A stretch of DNA of 64,000 nucleotides from Longimicrobiales bacterium (GCA_965238005.1 OZ250165.1:1440001-1504000), one strand, 5' to 3'; counted from the stretch's first letter, positions 41,546-51,580 are shown. Notes: a model not told the origin generated them from the sequence alone. Numbers and translations are program-made.

Positions 41546-41850
41546 TGTCGCGTGACGACTCCCACCCCGAGACGCGGCGCATGATGGAGACGGCCATTCG
41601 GCGGCTCAACGCCCTCGAGTACGTGATCCTCGCCGTGGCCATGGCACTGGCGCTGGCGGCCGGCGCACTCACGGCGTGGCTCGTCCAGAGCGCCACGGGC
41701 GCCTCGTTCAGGATCTCCTGGATCGTGGCGTCGCTCCTGTTCTTCGGAGTGCCGGGTTTCATAGTGCTCCGAAAGGAGCACCGAGTCGAGGTGACGAAAG
41801 GCACGCAGGACCCTGTCCGGGATTCCACCACCAAGAGGGATGATGGCTGA
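41542..41850 (+). CDS. Small two-TM hypothetical protein
   Basis: Two hydrophobic helices, overlapping both hisS and proS. Confidence 0.65.
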   Translation: MMSRDDSHPETRRMMETAIRRLNALEYVILAVAMALALAAGALTAWLVQSATGASFRISWIVASLLFFGVPGFIVLRKEHRVEVTKGTQDPVRDSTTKRDDG

Positions 41851-43303
41851 CAATAAGAAGCTGACCCCCCGCGACGAGGACTTCGCGGCCTGGTACAACG
41901 AGCTGGTGCTCCGGTCCGAGCTGGCCGACTACTCACCGGTCCGAGGCTGCATGGTCATTCGGCCGTGGGGATATTCCATATGGGAGAACATGCAGCGGGC
42001 TCTAGACGACATGTTCAAGGCCACCGGCCACGAGAACGCGTATTTCCCGCTCCTGATTCCCATGAGCTTCATCGAGAAGGAGAAGGAGCACGTCGAGGGC
42101 TTCAAGCCCGAGCTCGCTATCGTCACCCACGCCGGCGGCAAGGAACTGGAGGAGCCACTCGTGGTTCGGCCCACCTCTGAGACAATCATCATGTCGATGT
42201 TTGCGAAGTGGATCCAGAGCTATCGCGACCTCCCGTTGCTGTTGAACCAGTGGGCGAACGTCATGCGCTGGGAGCTCCGGACCCGGCTGTTCCTGAGGAC
42301 CTCGGAGTTCCTCTGGCAGGAAGGCCACACCGTGCACGCCACGGCCGAAGAGGCGGAGGAGCACACGCGGCGCATGCTGGGCGTGTACCGGACGTTCATG
42401 GAAGACTGGATGGCCATACCTCCCGTAACCGGGCTCAAGTCCGATGCCGAGAAGTTCGCCGGGGCGGTGCGAAGCTATTCGTGCGAGGCCATGATGCAGG
42501 ACAACCGGGCCCTGCAGGCCGGCACCTCGCACTTCCTGGGTCAGAACTTCTCCAAGCAGTTCGAGCTCACCTTCCAGACGGAGGAGGGGATGGAGGAGTA
42601 TGGGTGGAACACCTCCTGGGGGGCGTCCACGCGGCTGGTGGGGGGGCTGGTGATGACGCACGGCGACGACCAGGGACTCGTCCTGCCTCCGAAGCTGGCT
42701 CCCGTCCAGGTCGTCATCGTTCCGATCCTCAAGGGAGACGATCACGGGCCCGTACTCGAGAAGGCCGACGCCATCCGGGATGCTCTGGCGGAAAAGGGCA
42801 TACGTGTCAAGGTCGATTCTCGCGACTACTTGAGCCCCGGCAACAAGTACTACGAGTGGGAGCGGAAGGGCATCCCGCTCAGGATAGAGATCGGGCCCAA
42901 GGACATGGAGTCCGGGCAGGTTGTTCTGGCCAGGCGCGTGCGGTCCGAGGAGGAGCCGCGCAAGGAGTTCGTGCCGGAGTCGGAAGCGCTCGCCACCCTG
43001 GGAGATCGGCTCGACACGTTCCAGACGCAGCTCTTCGAGGCGGCGAAGACCCGGCGGGAGGAGAACTCCTACAGGGGTGTGAACGACCTGGCCGAGCTGG
43101 CCGAGATCATGAACACCACCGGCGGTTACGTATACACGGGTTGGAGTGGAGACCCCGCCGTGGAAGAGCGCATCAAGGACGAGACCAAGGCCACACTGCG
43201 CTGCATTCCAGAGGAGGAGTTCCGATCCCCCAAGGCTCCGGCAAGGTGCATCGGGGGAGAAAAGGACTCCGCCATGGAGGTCGTGTGGGCAAAGGCATAC
43301 TGA
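41843..43303 (+). CDS. proS: Proline--tRNA ligase (archaeal/eukaryote-like type, no INS editing domain)
   Basis: RPTSET, QWANVMRWE, FLRTSEFLWQEGHT, SHFLGQNF, C-terminal AKAY. Confidence 0.96.
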   Translation: MADNKKLTPRDEDFAAWYNELVLRSELADYSPVRGCMVIRPWGYSIWENMQRALDDMFKATGHENAYFPLLIPMSFIEKEKEHVEGFKPELAIVTHAGGKELEEPLVVRPTSETIIMSMFAKWIQSYRDLPLLLNQWANVMRWELRTRLFLRTSEFLWQEGHTVHATAEEAEEHTRRMLGVYRTFMEDWMAIPPVTGLKSDAEKFAGAVRSYSCEAMMQDNRALQAGTSHFLGQNFSKQFELTFQTEEGMEEYGWNTSWGASTRLVGGLVMTHGDDQGLVLPPKLAPVQVVIVPILKGDDHGPVLEKADAIRDALAEKGIRVKVDSRDYLSPGNKYYEWERKGIPLRIEIGPKDMESGQVVLARRVRSEEEPRKEFVPESEALATLGDRLDTFQTQLFEAAKTRREENSYRGVNDLAELAEIMNTTGGYVYTGWSGDPAVEERIKDETKATLRCIPEEEFRSPKAPARCIGGEKDSAMEVVWAKAY

Positions 43304-43325
43304 TGACCAATCCGGCCGGCGGGGC

Positions 43326-44426
43326 GTGAGCCTCTCCTTCCCCCGGCTCGACGGCGAGCTCCACGCCGGCGAGCGCACGGTCTCGGAGCTCGCTGCGGAG
43401 TTCGGAACGCCTCTCTACGTCTATGACACGGAGGTGATTGAGTCCGCCTATCGGCACTTCGAGTCGGCGTTCGAAGGGGTCGATCTGCTCATGGCGTACT
43501 CGGTCAAGGCCAACGGCAACCTCGAGATCCTCCGACGCCCTGGGGGCCGGCGCCGACATCGTCAGCTTGGGAGAGCTCCACCGCTGCCTGACGGCCGGGG
43601 TTCCCCCCGAGCGGATTGTCTTCGCGGGGGTGGGGAAGACCGAAGTGGAGATGGAGGCCGCCCTCGGCGCCGGGATTCTGGCGTTCAACGTGGAAAGCGA
43701 GGGCGAGCTCCGCGTGTTGGACACGGTGGACATCGACGTCCACGTCGGATCGTAGATCCTCGAGCCGGACCCCTATGTGAAGGCCCTCGGCGAAGTGCTG
43801 GAACTCGCCGGTGAGTTGGCCCAGGAGGGCATCGAGCTCCACTTCGTCGACCTCGGAGGAGGCTACGGCGTTCGCTATGCCGACGAGGAGCGTATGTTGG
43901 CCGACGCGCTCGCCAGCGTGATCGTTCCTCAGGTGAAGGAGGCGGGCCTGAGCCTCATCCTGGAGCCCAGCCGGTTCATCGTTGGGGAAGCGGGCCTTCT
44001 GGTGACGAGGGTGCTGTACGTAAAGGATGAGGGGCCGAGGACATTTGTGGTCACGGATGGGGGGATGACCGACCTGATTCGCCCCAGCCACTACCAGGGC
44101 TTTCATCGCATCGGCCGGTGCGGCTCAGGCACGACGCCACCCACGCGGTGGTGGACGTCGTTGGCCCCATCTGCGAGAGCGGAGACTTCCTGGCCCGGGA
44201 GAGAGAGCTGGCCCTTCCCCGGGAGGGGGACCTCCTCGCCGTGCACACCGTGGGAGCGTATGGCTTCGCCATGTCGTCCAACTATAACTCCTGTCGCCGA
44301 AACTCCTGTCGCCGAGCCGCCGAGGTGGTGGTGGACGGCTCGGAGGTGATCCTGGCCCGACGCCGGGAGACGCTCGATGACCTGATCCGGGGTGAGCGGC
44401 TCCCCAACGGGACCTTGTCGTCTTGA
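43326..44426 (+). pseudogene. lysA: Diaminopimelate decarboxylase pseudogene
   Basis: [50 protein letters not shown] are spread over several frames; frameshifts near 43538 and 44113, internal deletion near 43728, TAG at 43753, 15-bp duplication at 44286-44315. Confidence 0.92.
44286..44315 (+). repeat. Perfect 15-bp tandem duplication
   Basis: AACTCCTGTCGCCGA x2. Confidence 0.95.
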
Positions 44427-44432
44427 GGCTTT

Positions 44433-45980
44433 ATGATCGAGCATGATCGCATTCTGATTCTCGACTTCGGCTCCCAGTACACCCAGCTCATCGCCCGTCG
44501 AATCCGAGAGGAGCGGGTCTACTCGGAGATCCACCCACCCTCGCAGCCCCTCGACTGGATCCGGGAGTGGGCGCCGAAGGGAATCATCCTGTCCGGCGGG
44601 CCATCCTCGGTATACGACGAGGGGATACCCACCGCCGACCCGGAGCTGTTTCAGTTGGGGATTCCCGTGCTCGGAATCTGTTACGGGATGCAGCTCATCG
44701 CGCAGCTCGAAGGGGCGGACGTGATCCTGGGGAAGCGCGAGTATGGCCGGGCCGAGCTCACCGTGCACGAGCCGGGGGGGCTCTTCGAAGGCTTCGCTGA
44801 CGACGAGCCCACCCAGGTGTGGTGCTCTCACGCGGACCATGTCGACGAGCCACCGGACGGCTATCGGACGTTGGCGTCCACGGAGAGGCTCTCAGTGGCG
44901 GCGTTCAAGAGCGAAGATCGACACATCTATGGCGTCCAGTTCCATCCGGAGGTCGCCCATACGGTCCGCGGCGAGGAGATCATCTCGAACTTCCTCCTGG
45001 GAATCTGCCGGTGCCGTCCCACGTGGACGGCCGGAGCCTTCATTGAGGAGTCAGTCGCGGAGATCCAGAGAGCCGTGGGAGACGGCACCGTCATCTGCGG
45101 GCTGTCGGGGGGCGTGGACTCGTCCGTAGCGGCCGCGTTGGTGCACCGTGCTGTGGGCGATCGCCTGACGTGCATCTTCGTTGACACGGGACTCCTCAGG
45201 AAGCACGAGCGCGAGAACGTGGAGCGTACCTTCCGGAAGCACATGGGCATCCGACTGGTCGTCGTGGATGCCGCCGAGGAGTTCCTGAGCGTCCTGGCCG
45301 GCGTAGAGGAGCCCGAGGAGAAGCGGAAGCGGATCGGACACGTGTTCATCGACGTCTTCGGGCGACTGGCCCGTGCGGAGGGGACGGGAGCCCGCCACCT
45401 GGTTCAGGGCACTCTGTACCCCGACGTCATCGAGTCTTTTTCCACCGGAGGACCGTCCCAGACGATCAAGACCCACCACAACGTTGGGGGGCTGCCGGAG
45501 GATCTTCCGTTCGAGCTCATCGAGCCTCTCCGGGAGCTCTTCAAGGACGAGGCCCGCCAGGTGGGCCGGGAGCTCAGCCTTCCTGAGGAATTCATCCGCC
45601 GACATCCGTTCCCCGGTCCGGGACTGGCCATCCGAGTCCTAGGCCAGGTGACGGAGGAGCGACTGGCCGTGCTGCGGGAGGCGGACGCCATCTATCTGGA
45701 CGAGATTCAGGCCGCGGGGCTCTACGACGAGATCTGGCAGGCCTTCGCCGTGCTCCTCCCCGTGCGAGCCGTCGGCGTGATGGGTGACAACCGCACCTAC
45801 GAGAACGTCGTGGCTCTCCGCGCCGTCACCTCACGCGACGGAATGACCGCGGATTGGTATCCGTTCCCCCACGACGTTCTCGGCCGGATCTCCTCGCGCA
45901 TCAGCAACGAGGTGGTGGGGGTGAATCGGGTGTGCTACGACGTCTCGTCGAAGCCCCCCGGCACTATCGAGTGGGAATAG
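44433..45980 (+). CDS. guaA: GMP synthase (glutamine-hydrolysing)
   Basis: [43 protein letters not shown]. Confidence 0.98.
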   Translation: MIEHDRILILDFGSQYTQLIARRIREERVYSEIHPPSQPLDWIREWAPKGIILSGGPSSVYDEGIPTADPELFQLGIPVLGICYGMQLIAQLEGADVILGKREYGRAELTVHEPGGLFEGFADDEPTQVWCSHADHVDEPPDGYRTLASTERLSVAAFKSEDRHIYGVQFHPEVAHTVRGEEIISNFLLGICRCRPTWTAGAFIEESVAEIQRAVGDGTVICGLSGGVDSSVAAALVHRAVGDRLTCIFVDTGLLRKHERENVERTFRKHMGIRLVVVDAAEEFLSVLAGVEEPEEKRKRIGHVFIDVFGRLARAEGTGARHLVQGTLYPDVIESFSTGGPSQTIKTHHNVGGLPEDLPFELIEPLRELFKDEARQVGRELSLPEEFIRRHPFPGPGLAIRVLGQVTEERLAVLREADAIYLDEIQAAGLYDEIWQAFAVLLPVRAVGVMGDNRTYENVVALRAVTSRDGMTADWYPFPHDVLGRISSRISNEVVGVNRVCYDVSSKPPGTIEWE

Positions 45981-46376
45981 GAACCCCCTCCGACTACTGC
46001 ATCAGCCTCGATCTCGATGAGCATGGCGGGGTCGATGAGCCTGCTCACCTCCACCATGGTTGTTGTGGGAGGATGGGCGCCGCAGGTCTGCTGATGAGCC
46101 CGTCCGTACTCCTCCCATCGTTCGATGTCGGTGACGAACATGCGAGTGCGAACTACGTCGCTCATGTCCGCTCCGTGAGCCGCCAGGGCTTCCCGTATTA
46201 TCTCGAAGCACCGGAGAAGCCTGCCCGTATCCGTCTCCAACGGCGTGGACCCCTCCGCCTTCCGCCACCGGTGCCGTACCCGTGACGAAGACGTGGTCCC
46301 CGGCCCTCAAAGATCGGCAATATCCGACGCGCTCCTCCCAGGGGGCGCCGCTGAAGCTACGCTGAAACTCAGCCAT
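45935..46376 (-). pseudogene. RidA/YjgF family protein, frameshifted near 46217
   Basis: N-half SGAPWEERVGYCR...VTGT...YGQA in one frame; C-half LRCFEII...DVVRTRMFVTD...IEIEADA in another. Confidence 0.8.
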
Positions 46377-46773
46377 CTCTCTCCGATCCCTCGCCTGCCA
46401 TCTGAAGCATCAGAGATATGCGTGCCTCCACATCGTTCCAGAGATCGCGCATGAACTCCACTTCGGTGTGGTAGACCTCGAGGAAGAGCCGAAGGTTCTC
46501 CTCGGTAACCTCGTGCATGGCCAGCACGCTGTCCCGTTCGACGGCATTGACCTTGCGGGAGGTCTTCCGGAGCGCCACGGATCGCAGATCGACGTAGACC
46601 TCGATGAAGGTCTCGCGGTCGATCGTGTCCACCACTTCGTTCGGCGTATTGACGCCACATGCTCCCGACGCCACACCGAGGAGCAGGGCGATCAGGGTGA
46701 CGAGGGGGTGCGGAGGGGAAGGCGTGGGGCTCGACGCTTCAGACATGTCGAAGTGGGTTCTCGGGGTGATCAT
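46369..46773 (-). CDS. Hypothetical lipoprotein-like protein
   Basis: Hydrophobic segment ending SGAC; overlaps the RidA start; helical domain; start uncertain. Confidence 0.6.
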   Translation of the reverse strand: MITPRTHFDMSEASSPTPSPPHPLVTLIALLLGVASGACGVNTPNEVVDTIDRETFIEVYVDLRSVALRKTSRKVNAVERDSVLAMHEVTEENLRLFLEVYHTEVEFMRDLWNDVEARISLMLQMAGEGSERDG

Positions 46774-46834
46774 AGGGCGGAGGCGGCGAGCCGCACGGCT
46801 CCACCGGGGTCACAATATAGAGTTCCATTGGCAT

Positions 46835-46885
46835 GGATGCACCGTGCCCTCGACCGGCCGAGACACTTTAGGTAAGGGGGTGCTA
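46835..46885 (+). repeat. Decayed right-end fragment of MITE family A
   Basis: GGATGCACCGTGCCCTCGACCGGCCGAGACACTTT nearly identical to 26881-26915, followed by a degenerate TIR. Confidence 0.8.
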
Positions 46886-46980
46886 TTATGTTTCCACTGA
46901 TCGACCATCCAGCAGGAATACACGTCGTGGTCGGCGTCCGATCCCCGACATCCGTGGTCACGAGGCGTGGAAGAGGCTCC

Positions 46981-48423
46981 ATGAACAGAATCCTCGGGCA
47001 AGCCCGGCTGATGCTGCTCGCCGGCCTGTTGTGGTCGGCCGCGGCCTGCGCGGTCAACCCCGCCACGGGTGAACGCCAGTTCATGCTGTTGAGTGAAGAT
47101 CAAGAGATCGAGATGGGTCGGGACGCCGACGGGCAGATCACTGGGGCGTACGGGCTGTATCCGTCCGACGAGCTCCAGACGTTTGTCCGGGGCATCGGTG
47201 AAGACCTCGCCGCCCAGTCGGAGCGCCCGCAGCTGCCGTGGTCGTTCAAGGTGGTGAACGATCCCGTCGTGAACGCCTTCGCGCTTCCCGGGGGGTTCAT
47301 CTTCGTCACCCGTGGCATCCTGGCCAGCCTGAACTCCGAGGCCGAGCTGGCCGGCATCCTCGGCCACGAGATCGGCCACGTCACGGCCCGGCACTCGGCG
47401 AGTCAGCTCAGCCGTCAGCGGCTCCAGCAGATCGGACTGGGAATGGGGGCGGCTGTGTCCTCGGACTTCGCTTCGGCCGCAGGAGTGCTCTCGGCGGGGT
47501 TCCAGCTCCTCAATCTCCGGTACAGCCGGGGTGACGAGTCTCAGTCGGACGAGCTCGGGGTCCGCTACATGTCGCGGGCTGGGTACGACCCCAATGCCCT
47601 CGTGGGCGTGTTCCAGACGTTGGCGCTGGCGTCCGGGGGAGGGGGCAGGCTCCCCGAATGGCAGTCGACCCATCCGAATCCCGAGAATCGCGAGGCCAAG
47701 ATCCGCGAGCTGGTGGCAAGCTCGGGACAGGACTACTCGGGGTACACGTCGGGGAGGGACGAGTATCTGCTTCGCCTGGACGGGCTGGTGTACGGTGTGA
47801 ACCCCCGGGAGGGCTTCTTTGAGGGCGGCCTGTTCCGGCATCCGGATCTGGCCTTCGCCATGGACTTTCCGCCGGGCTGGAAGACCGCGAACCAGAGGTC
47901 TCAGGTGGCGGCCGTGGCGGAGGACGAGAGCGCCATCGTCGTTCTCACGAGTGCGTCGGAGCAGGGCAGCCTCGACGTGGCTGTGCGCGCCTTCCTGGGC
48001 CAGAACGGCATCAGCGGGAGCGCTCCCCGCCGGACGACCGTCCATGGCCTCGAGGCGCGTGAGGCTTCGTTCGAGGCGCAAACGGATCAGGGGAGGCTCC
48101 GCGGAACGGTGCTCTTCGTCGGCCACGGCGGCACCCTCTTCCGGATCCTTGGCTACGCCTTCTCGTCTCGCTGGCTCGATCATGAGAGCGGGGTGATCGG
48201 GAGCGTGAGGAGCTTCCGTGCGGAGAGGGACCCAGAGGTCTTGGGGATCGAGCCCGCCCGACTCGAGATCGTTCGATTGCCGTCGCGGATGACCTTTCGG
48301 GAGTTCACCGAGGCCCATCCGTCCACCATCGAGGCCGAGAAGCTGGCGGACCTCAACCGGCGCACGCTGGACGAAGCTCTGGAAGCCGGAACGCTTGTGA
48401 AGCGGGTGACGGGCGGGCGATGA
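46981..48423 (+). CDS. M48 family zinc metalloprotease lipoprotein with C-terminal extension
   Basis: Lipobox AAAC-AVNPATG, NAFALPGG, HEIGH, YSR..E..SD, STHP. Confidence 0.9.
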   Translation: MNRILGQARLMLLAGLLWSAAACAVNPATGERQFMLLSEDQEIEMGRDADGQITGAYGLYPSDELQTFVRGIGEDLAAQSERPQLPWSFKVVNDPVVNAFALPGGFIFVTRGILASLNSEAELAGILGHEIGHVTARHSASQLSRQRLQQIGLGMGAAVSSDFASAAGVLSAGFQLLNLRYSRGDESQSDELGVRYMSRAGYDPNALVGVFQTLALASGGGGRLPEWQSTHPNPENREAKIRELVASSGQDYSGYTSGRDEYLLRLDGLVYGVNPREGFFEGGLFRHPDLAFAMDFPPGWKTANQRSQVAAVAEDESAIVVLTSASEQGSLDVAVRAFLGQNGISGSAPRRTTVHGLEAREASFEAQTDQGRLRGTVLFVGHGGTLFRILGYAFSSRWLDHESGVIGSVRSFRAERDPEVLGIEPARLEIVRLPSRMTFREFTEAHPSTIEAEKLADLNRRTLDEALEAGTLVKRVTGGR

Positions 48424-48451
48424 GGGGCCCCGAGGGCTCACTTCAGACCGG

Positions 48452-48479
48452 TTGACGGCCTTGACGTGCCCGGTAAACT
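48452..48479 (+). promoter_or_regulatory. Putative sigma70-type promoter
   Basis: TTGACG-N16-TAAACT upstream of the 48555 lipoprotein. Confidence 0.35.
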
Positions 48480-48554
48480 AGTGTGGTCTAATGGCCCCCT
48501 GGTGGCCGGTACCGCCCGGCCCGACACCGGTCTCTATTGAACGGAGTCCCATCG

Positions 48555-49052
48555 GTGAAGCGTAGCGCGATAGCCCTACTCCTGCTCACTGTCGTGTGGG
48601 GTTGTGCGAGCCGCACGGTGACCAGAAGCCCCGTCGCAGCCGTGGCGCCGGCCCTCTCTGTAGAGAGGTTCCTTCAAGCTGCCAATACGCGAGATCTGTT
48701 TGCGATGGCGCGTCTCTTCGGGACCCGCGACGGGCCGGTGGAGGATACGGGGAGCTCCTTCGGATGCTTCTGGAAGAAGATCGGCTCTGCGTTCGGTGGT
48801 CAGTCGTGCGTCAAGTGGGTCGACGTGGAGCTCCGCATGGACGCGATCGCGGACATCCTCCGGCACGAGGACTACCAGATCGCCTCCGAGCGCTCAGTGG
48901 CGGGGACGGAGCGCGAGACCACACGGATCGGCGTCGATATGTCGTTCGCCGGAGGACAAACCGTGCAAGACGTGGGCTTCACCGTGGTCCTGGCATCGGG
49001 CGATCGGTGGCTCATCGAGATTATCGAGCTGGACAAGGTCACAGGGACCTAG
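48555..49052 (+). CDS. Hypothetical lipoprotein
   Basis: MKRS + hydrophobic stretch + VWGC lipobox; NTF2-like ending 'W.IE.IEL'; start could be TTG 48537. Confidence 0.7.
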   Translation: MKRSAIALLLLTVVWGCASRTVTRSPVAAVAPALSVERFLQAANTRDLFAMARLFGTRDGPVEDTGSSFGCFWKKIGSAFGGQSCVKWVDVELRMDAIADILRHEDYQIASERSVAGTERETTRIGVDMSFAGGQTVQDVGFTVVLASGDRWLIEIIELDKVTGT

Positions 49053-49093
49053 TAGGGCACGTCTGAAGGAGCCGGCGGGATCGTTGCTGAGTG

Positions 49094-49489
49094 CTACTCC
49101 GGTTGCTGGACCAGCTCGATCAGCACGCCGCCTGTGGTCTTGGGATGAAGAAACGCGACCTGGTGCCCCCGAGCGCCGGAACGCGGCTCCTCGTCGACGG
49201 GCTGGAACCCTCGTGTCTTTAGTTCCTCGAGGGCTGCTCGGATGTCGGGAACCCTGTAAGCGATGTGGTGAAGACCGGGTCCGCGGCGCTCGATGAAACG
49301 GGCCACGCCGCTGTCCGCGGATCGGGGCTCGATGAGCTCGACGGCGCCCAGGAACGCGACGTTGACGCCCTGGGCGGGCAGCTCTTCGATGGTGGAACAA
49401 GCGCACCCGGTGACGGGTTCGAAGGTCGCCGCCGATTCTTGAATGGATCGGACCGCAATGGCGACGTGATCGAGCGGATAGCCGTTCAT
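49094..49489 (-). CDS. mce: Methylmalonyl-CoA epimerase
   Basis: LDHVAIAV, ELIEP, GPGLHHIAY.V, VAFLHPK.TGGVLIEL. Confidence 0.9.
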   Translation of the reverse strand: MNGYPLDHVAIAVRSIQESAATFEPVTGCACSTIEELPAQGVNVAFLGAVELIEPRSADSGVARFIERRGPGLHHIAYRVPDIRAALEELKTRGFQPVDEEPRSGARGHQVAFLHPKTTGGVLIELVQQPE

Positions 49490-49565
49490 AATTGGACTAG
49501 ATTGGATAGATGAGCCTGGACCGGATCGTAGGGCCGGTCCATTGAAGGTACAAGGAGACAACCTG

Positions 49566-49901
49566 ATGAGTGATAACGGGAAGATCGTCGAGATCACGGA
49601 CCAGAATTTCGCCGAGACCATCGAAGAGGGAACTGGTCTCACCATGGTGGATTTTTGGGCTGCGTGGTGCGGTCCGTGCCGAATGGTGGCCCCCATTGTC
49701 GAGGAGCTGGCCGAGGAGTACGGCGACGAGGGGCTCACCGTCGGGAAGCTGGATGTGGACGCGAACCCGAAGGTGACGATCCGGTTCGCCGTGCGCTCCA
49801 TTCCGAGCATCCTGTTCTTCAAGGATGGACAGCACGTGGACACGGTGGTGGGCGCGGTGCCACGCCCCACCTTGGAGGCCAAAGTTCGGGAGCACATGTA
49901 G
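49566..49901 (+). CDS. trxA: Thioredoxin
   Basis: DFWAAWCGPC, V.SIP; AAGGAG RBS. Confidence 0.97.
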   Translation: MSDNGKIVEITDQNFAETIEEGTGLTMVDFWAAWCGPCRMVAPIVEELAEEYGDEGLTVGKLDVDANPKVTIRFAVRSIPSILFFKDGQHVDTVVGAVPRPTLEAKVREHM

Positions 49902-49933
49902 GCGCTCCGGACTCGGTTCCAGAATGGGTCGAC

Positions 49934-49961
49934 CGGCCCGGGGGTGAGAGCCCCCGGGCCG
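49934..49961 (+). terminator. Hairpin downstream of trxA
   Basis: CGGCCCGGGGGT-GAGA-GCCCCCGGGCCG, 12-bp stem with GNRA loop; no U-tract. Confidence 0.5.
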
Positions 49962-49983
49962 TCGCTCGGCTATACTGCTTCCC

Positions 49984-50853
49984 ATGAGCACTCTCTATAT
50001 CGTCGCCACGCCTATCGGTAATCTCTCGGACACCTCCAGGCGTGCCCTCGAGGTCCTGGGCTCCGTGGACGGTGTGCTGGCCGAAGACACCCGGCGCACC
50101 AGGGTCCTGATGGATCACTTCGATCTTCACGCGCCGCTCACGTCCCTTCACGAGCACAACGAAGCCTCACGCATCGCGGGCGTCCTGGACCGCCTGAACG
50201 CCGGCCAGTGCCTCGCCCTGGTTTCCGATGCCGGGACTCCTCTGCTTTCAGACCCTGGGGAGCGCCTGGTGCGTACTGTGGTGGAGGCCGGGCTCAACGT
50301 GGTTCCCGTTCCGGGCCCTTCAGCGATCCTCGCCGCGTTGGTCGGTGCGGGCTTCCCCACGGTGCCGTTCACATTCCATGGCTTCGTTCCACGGAGGAAG
50401 GGGCCTAGGAGCGACCTCCTGGAGCGGATCGTCGGGGCGAGCGAGACCTCGGTCGTGTTCGAGGCGCCCGGCCGACTCGGCGTGCTTCTGTCCGATCTCG
50501 GGGAGCTTGCCGGGGAGGAGAGGCAGGTTGTCGTGGCCCGGGAGATGACCAAGATTCATGAGGAGTTCTTCCGGGGAACAATGGGTGATGCGGCCAGCTA
50601 TTACGGCGAGCGACCGCCGCGGGGAGAGATCACCGTGGTCGTGTCGCCGAGGGTTGAAGAAGAGGCCGAACAGCGGGTCGACGTGGCGGCCGCGCGAGCC
50701 TTGGCGCAGGCGCTTCTGGCCGAGGGCCTGACGCCCAGCAGGGCGGCGCGCGAAGTGTCGTCCCGCCTGGGGATCGCGAAGAACATGGCATACGAGATCG
50801 TGCATTCACTTCCAGGTGCTGACGATCCCGACATCGAAGAGGAGCCGAGTTGA
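49984..50853 (+). CDS. rsmI: 16S rRNA (cytidine1402-2'-O)-methyltransferase
   Basis: LYIVATPIGNL.D, AEDTR, VSDAGTP..SDPG, REMTK.HEE. Confidence 0.96.
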   Translation: MSTLYIVATPIGNLSDTSRRALEVLGSVDGVLAEDTRRTRVLMDHFDLHAPLTSLHEHNEASRIAGVLDRLNAGQCLALVSDAGTPLLSDPGERLVRTVVEAGLNVVPVPGPSAILAALVGAGFPTVPFTFHGFVPRRKGPRSDLLERIVGASETSVVFEAPGRLGVLLSDLGELAGEERQVVVAREMTKIHEEFFRGTMGDAASYYGERPPRGEITVVVSPRVEEEAEQRVDVAAARALAQALLAEGLTPSRAAREVSSRLGIAKNMAYEIVHSLPGADDPDIEEEPS

Positions 50854-50882
50854 GCGGAGCGACCCACCACAGGGGGCAAGCG

Positions 50883-50904
50883 CCCCACTTTTTCAACAGG
50901 CCTC
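50883..50904 (-). repeat. Isolated family-B-like MITE end
   Basis: CCCCACTTTTTCAACAGGCCTC, reverse complement of 26931-26952 with one mismatch. Confidence 0.65.
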
Positions 50905-50914
50905 GAAGAGCCTC

Positions 50915-51580
50915 GTGGTCAGTATCGCTCTGCTGATAGGCATGCTGGCCTCGGCGGGCCCGAGCGTGTCGCCTGACTCCGTCCTGTCCATAGCACGGCT
51001 GCAGTACGAGGGTGGCGGGGACTGGTACGCCAACCCGTCTTCGCTGCCCAACCTTCTTTCCGCCATCCGCGAGCGCACGGGCCTTCCCGTGTCGGGCCGA
51101 CCCGATACGGTTCGGCCGCTGGACCCGTCGCTCAAGGACTACCCGTATCTCTACATGACAGGGCACGGCAATGTGCGTTTTTCTCCTGAAGAGCGGGTGG
51201 CTCTTCGCGAGTATCTCTTATCCGGCGGATTCCTCCACGCCGACGACAACTACGGCATGGACGAGTCATTCCGGAGAGAGATGGCCGAAATCTTCCCGGA
51301 GTACGAGCTGTCCGAGCTTCCAGCGGGTCACCCGGTTTTCAGGGTCATGTACGAGTTTCCCGAGGGCCTGCCGAAGATCCACGAGCACGACGGGAAGCCG
51401 CCACAGGCCTTCGGGATCTTCCACGGGGGAAGGCTGATCGTCTTCTACAGCTACGAGTCCGACCTGGGGGATGGCTGGGAGGATCCGGACGTTCATGAAG
51501 ACGCTCCTGAGATCCGTGAGGCCTCGATCCGCATGGGGGTCAATCTCTACCTGTACGTCCTCAGCCAGTTGGTGCCGTGA
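50915..51580 (+). CDS. DUF4159 family protein (exported)
   Basis: ARLQY.GGGDWY, YP.LYMTGHG, GGFL.ADDNY, SDLGDGWED, MG.N...Y; signal-like N-terminus; start uncertain. Confidence 0.8.
   Translation: MVSIALLIGMLASAGPSVSPDSVLSIARLQYEGGGDWYANPSSLPNLLSAIRERTGLPVSGRPDTVRPLDPSLKDYPYLYMTGHGNVRFSPEERVALREYLLSGGFLHADDNYGMDESFRREMAEIFPEYELSELPAGHPVFRVMYEFPEGLPKIHEHDGKPPQAFGIFHGGRLIVFYSYESDLGDGWEDPDVHEDAPEIREASIRMGVNLYLYVLSQLVP

Noticed and set aside
43753..43755. In-frame TAG in lysA as pyrrolysine or readthrough recoding
   Set aside because: The same gene has frameshifts and a deletion, and TAG is used as a normal stop throughout the window
46810..48441. 543-aa minus-strand ORF
   Set aside because: Shadow of the M48 protease; no recognisable domain
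26931..50904. Inverted 22-mers 24 kb apart read as ends of one composite transposon
   Set aside because: The enclosed DNA is core housekeeping in normal order with no transposase; independent remnants are more parsimonious
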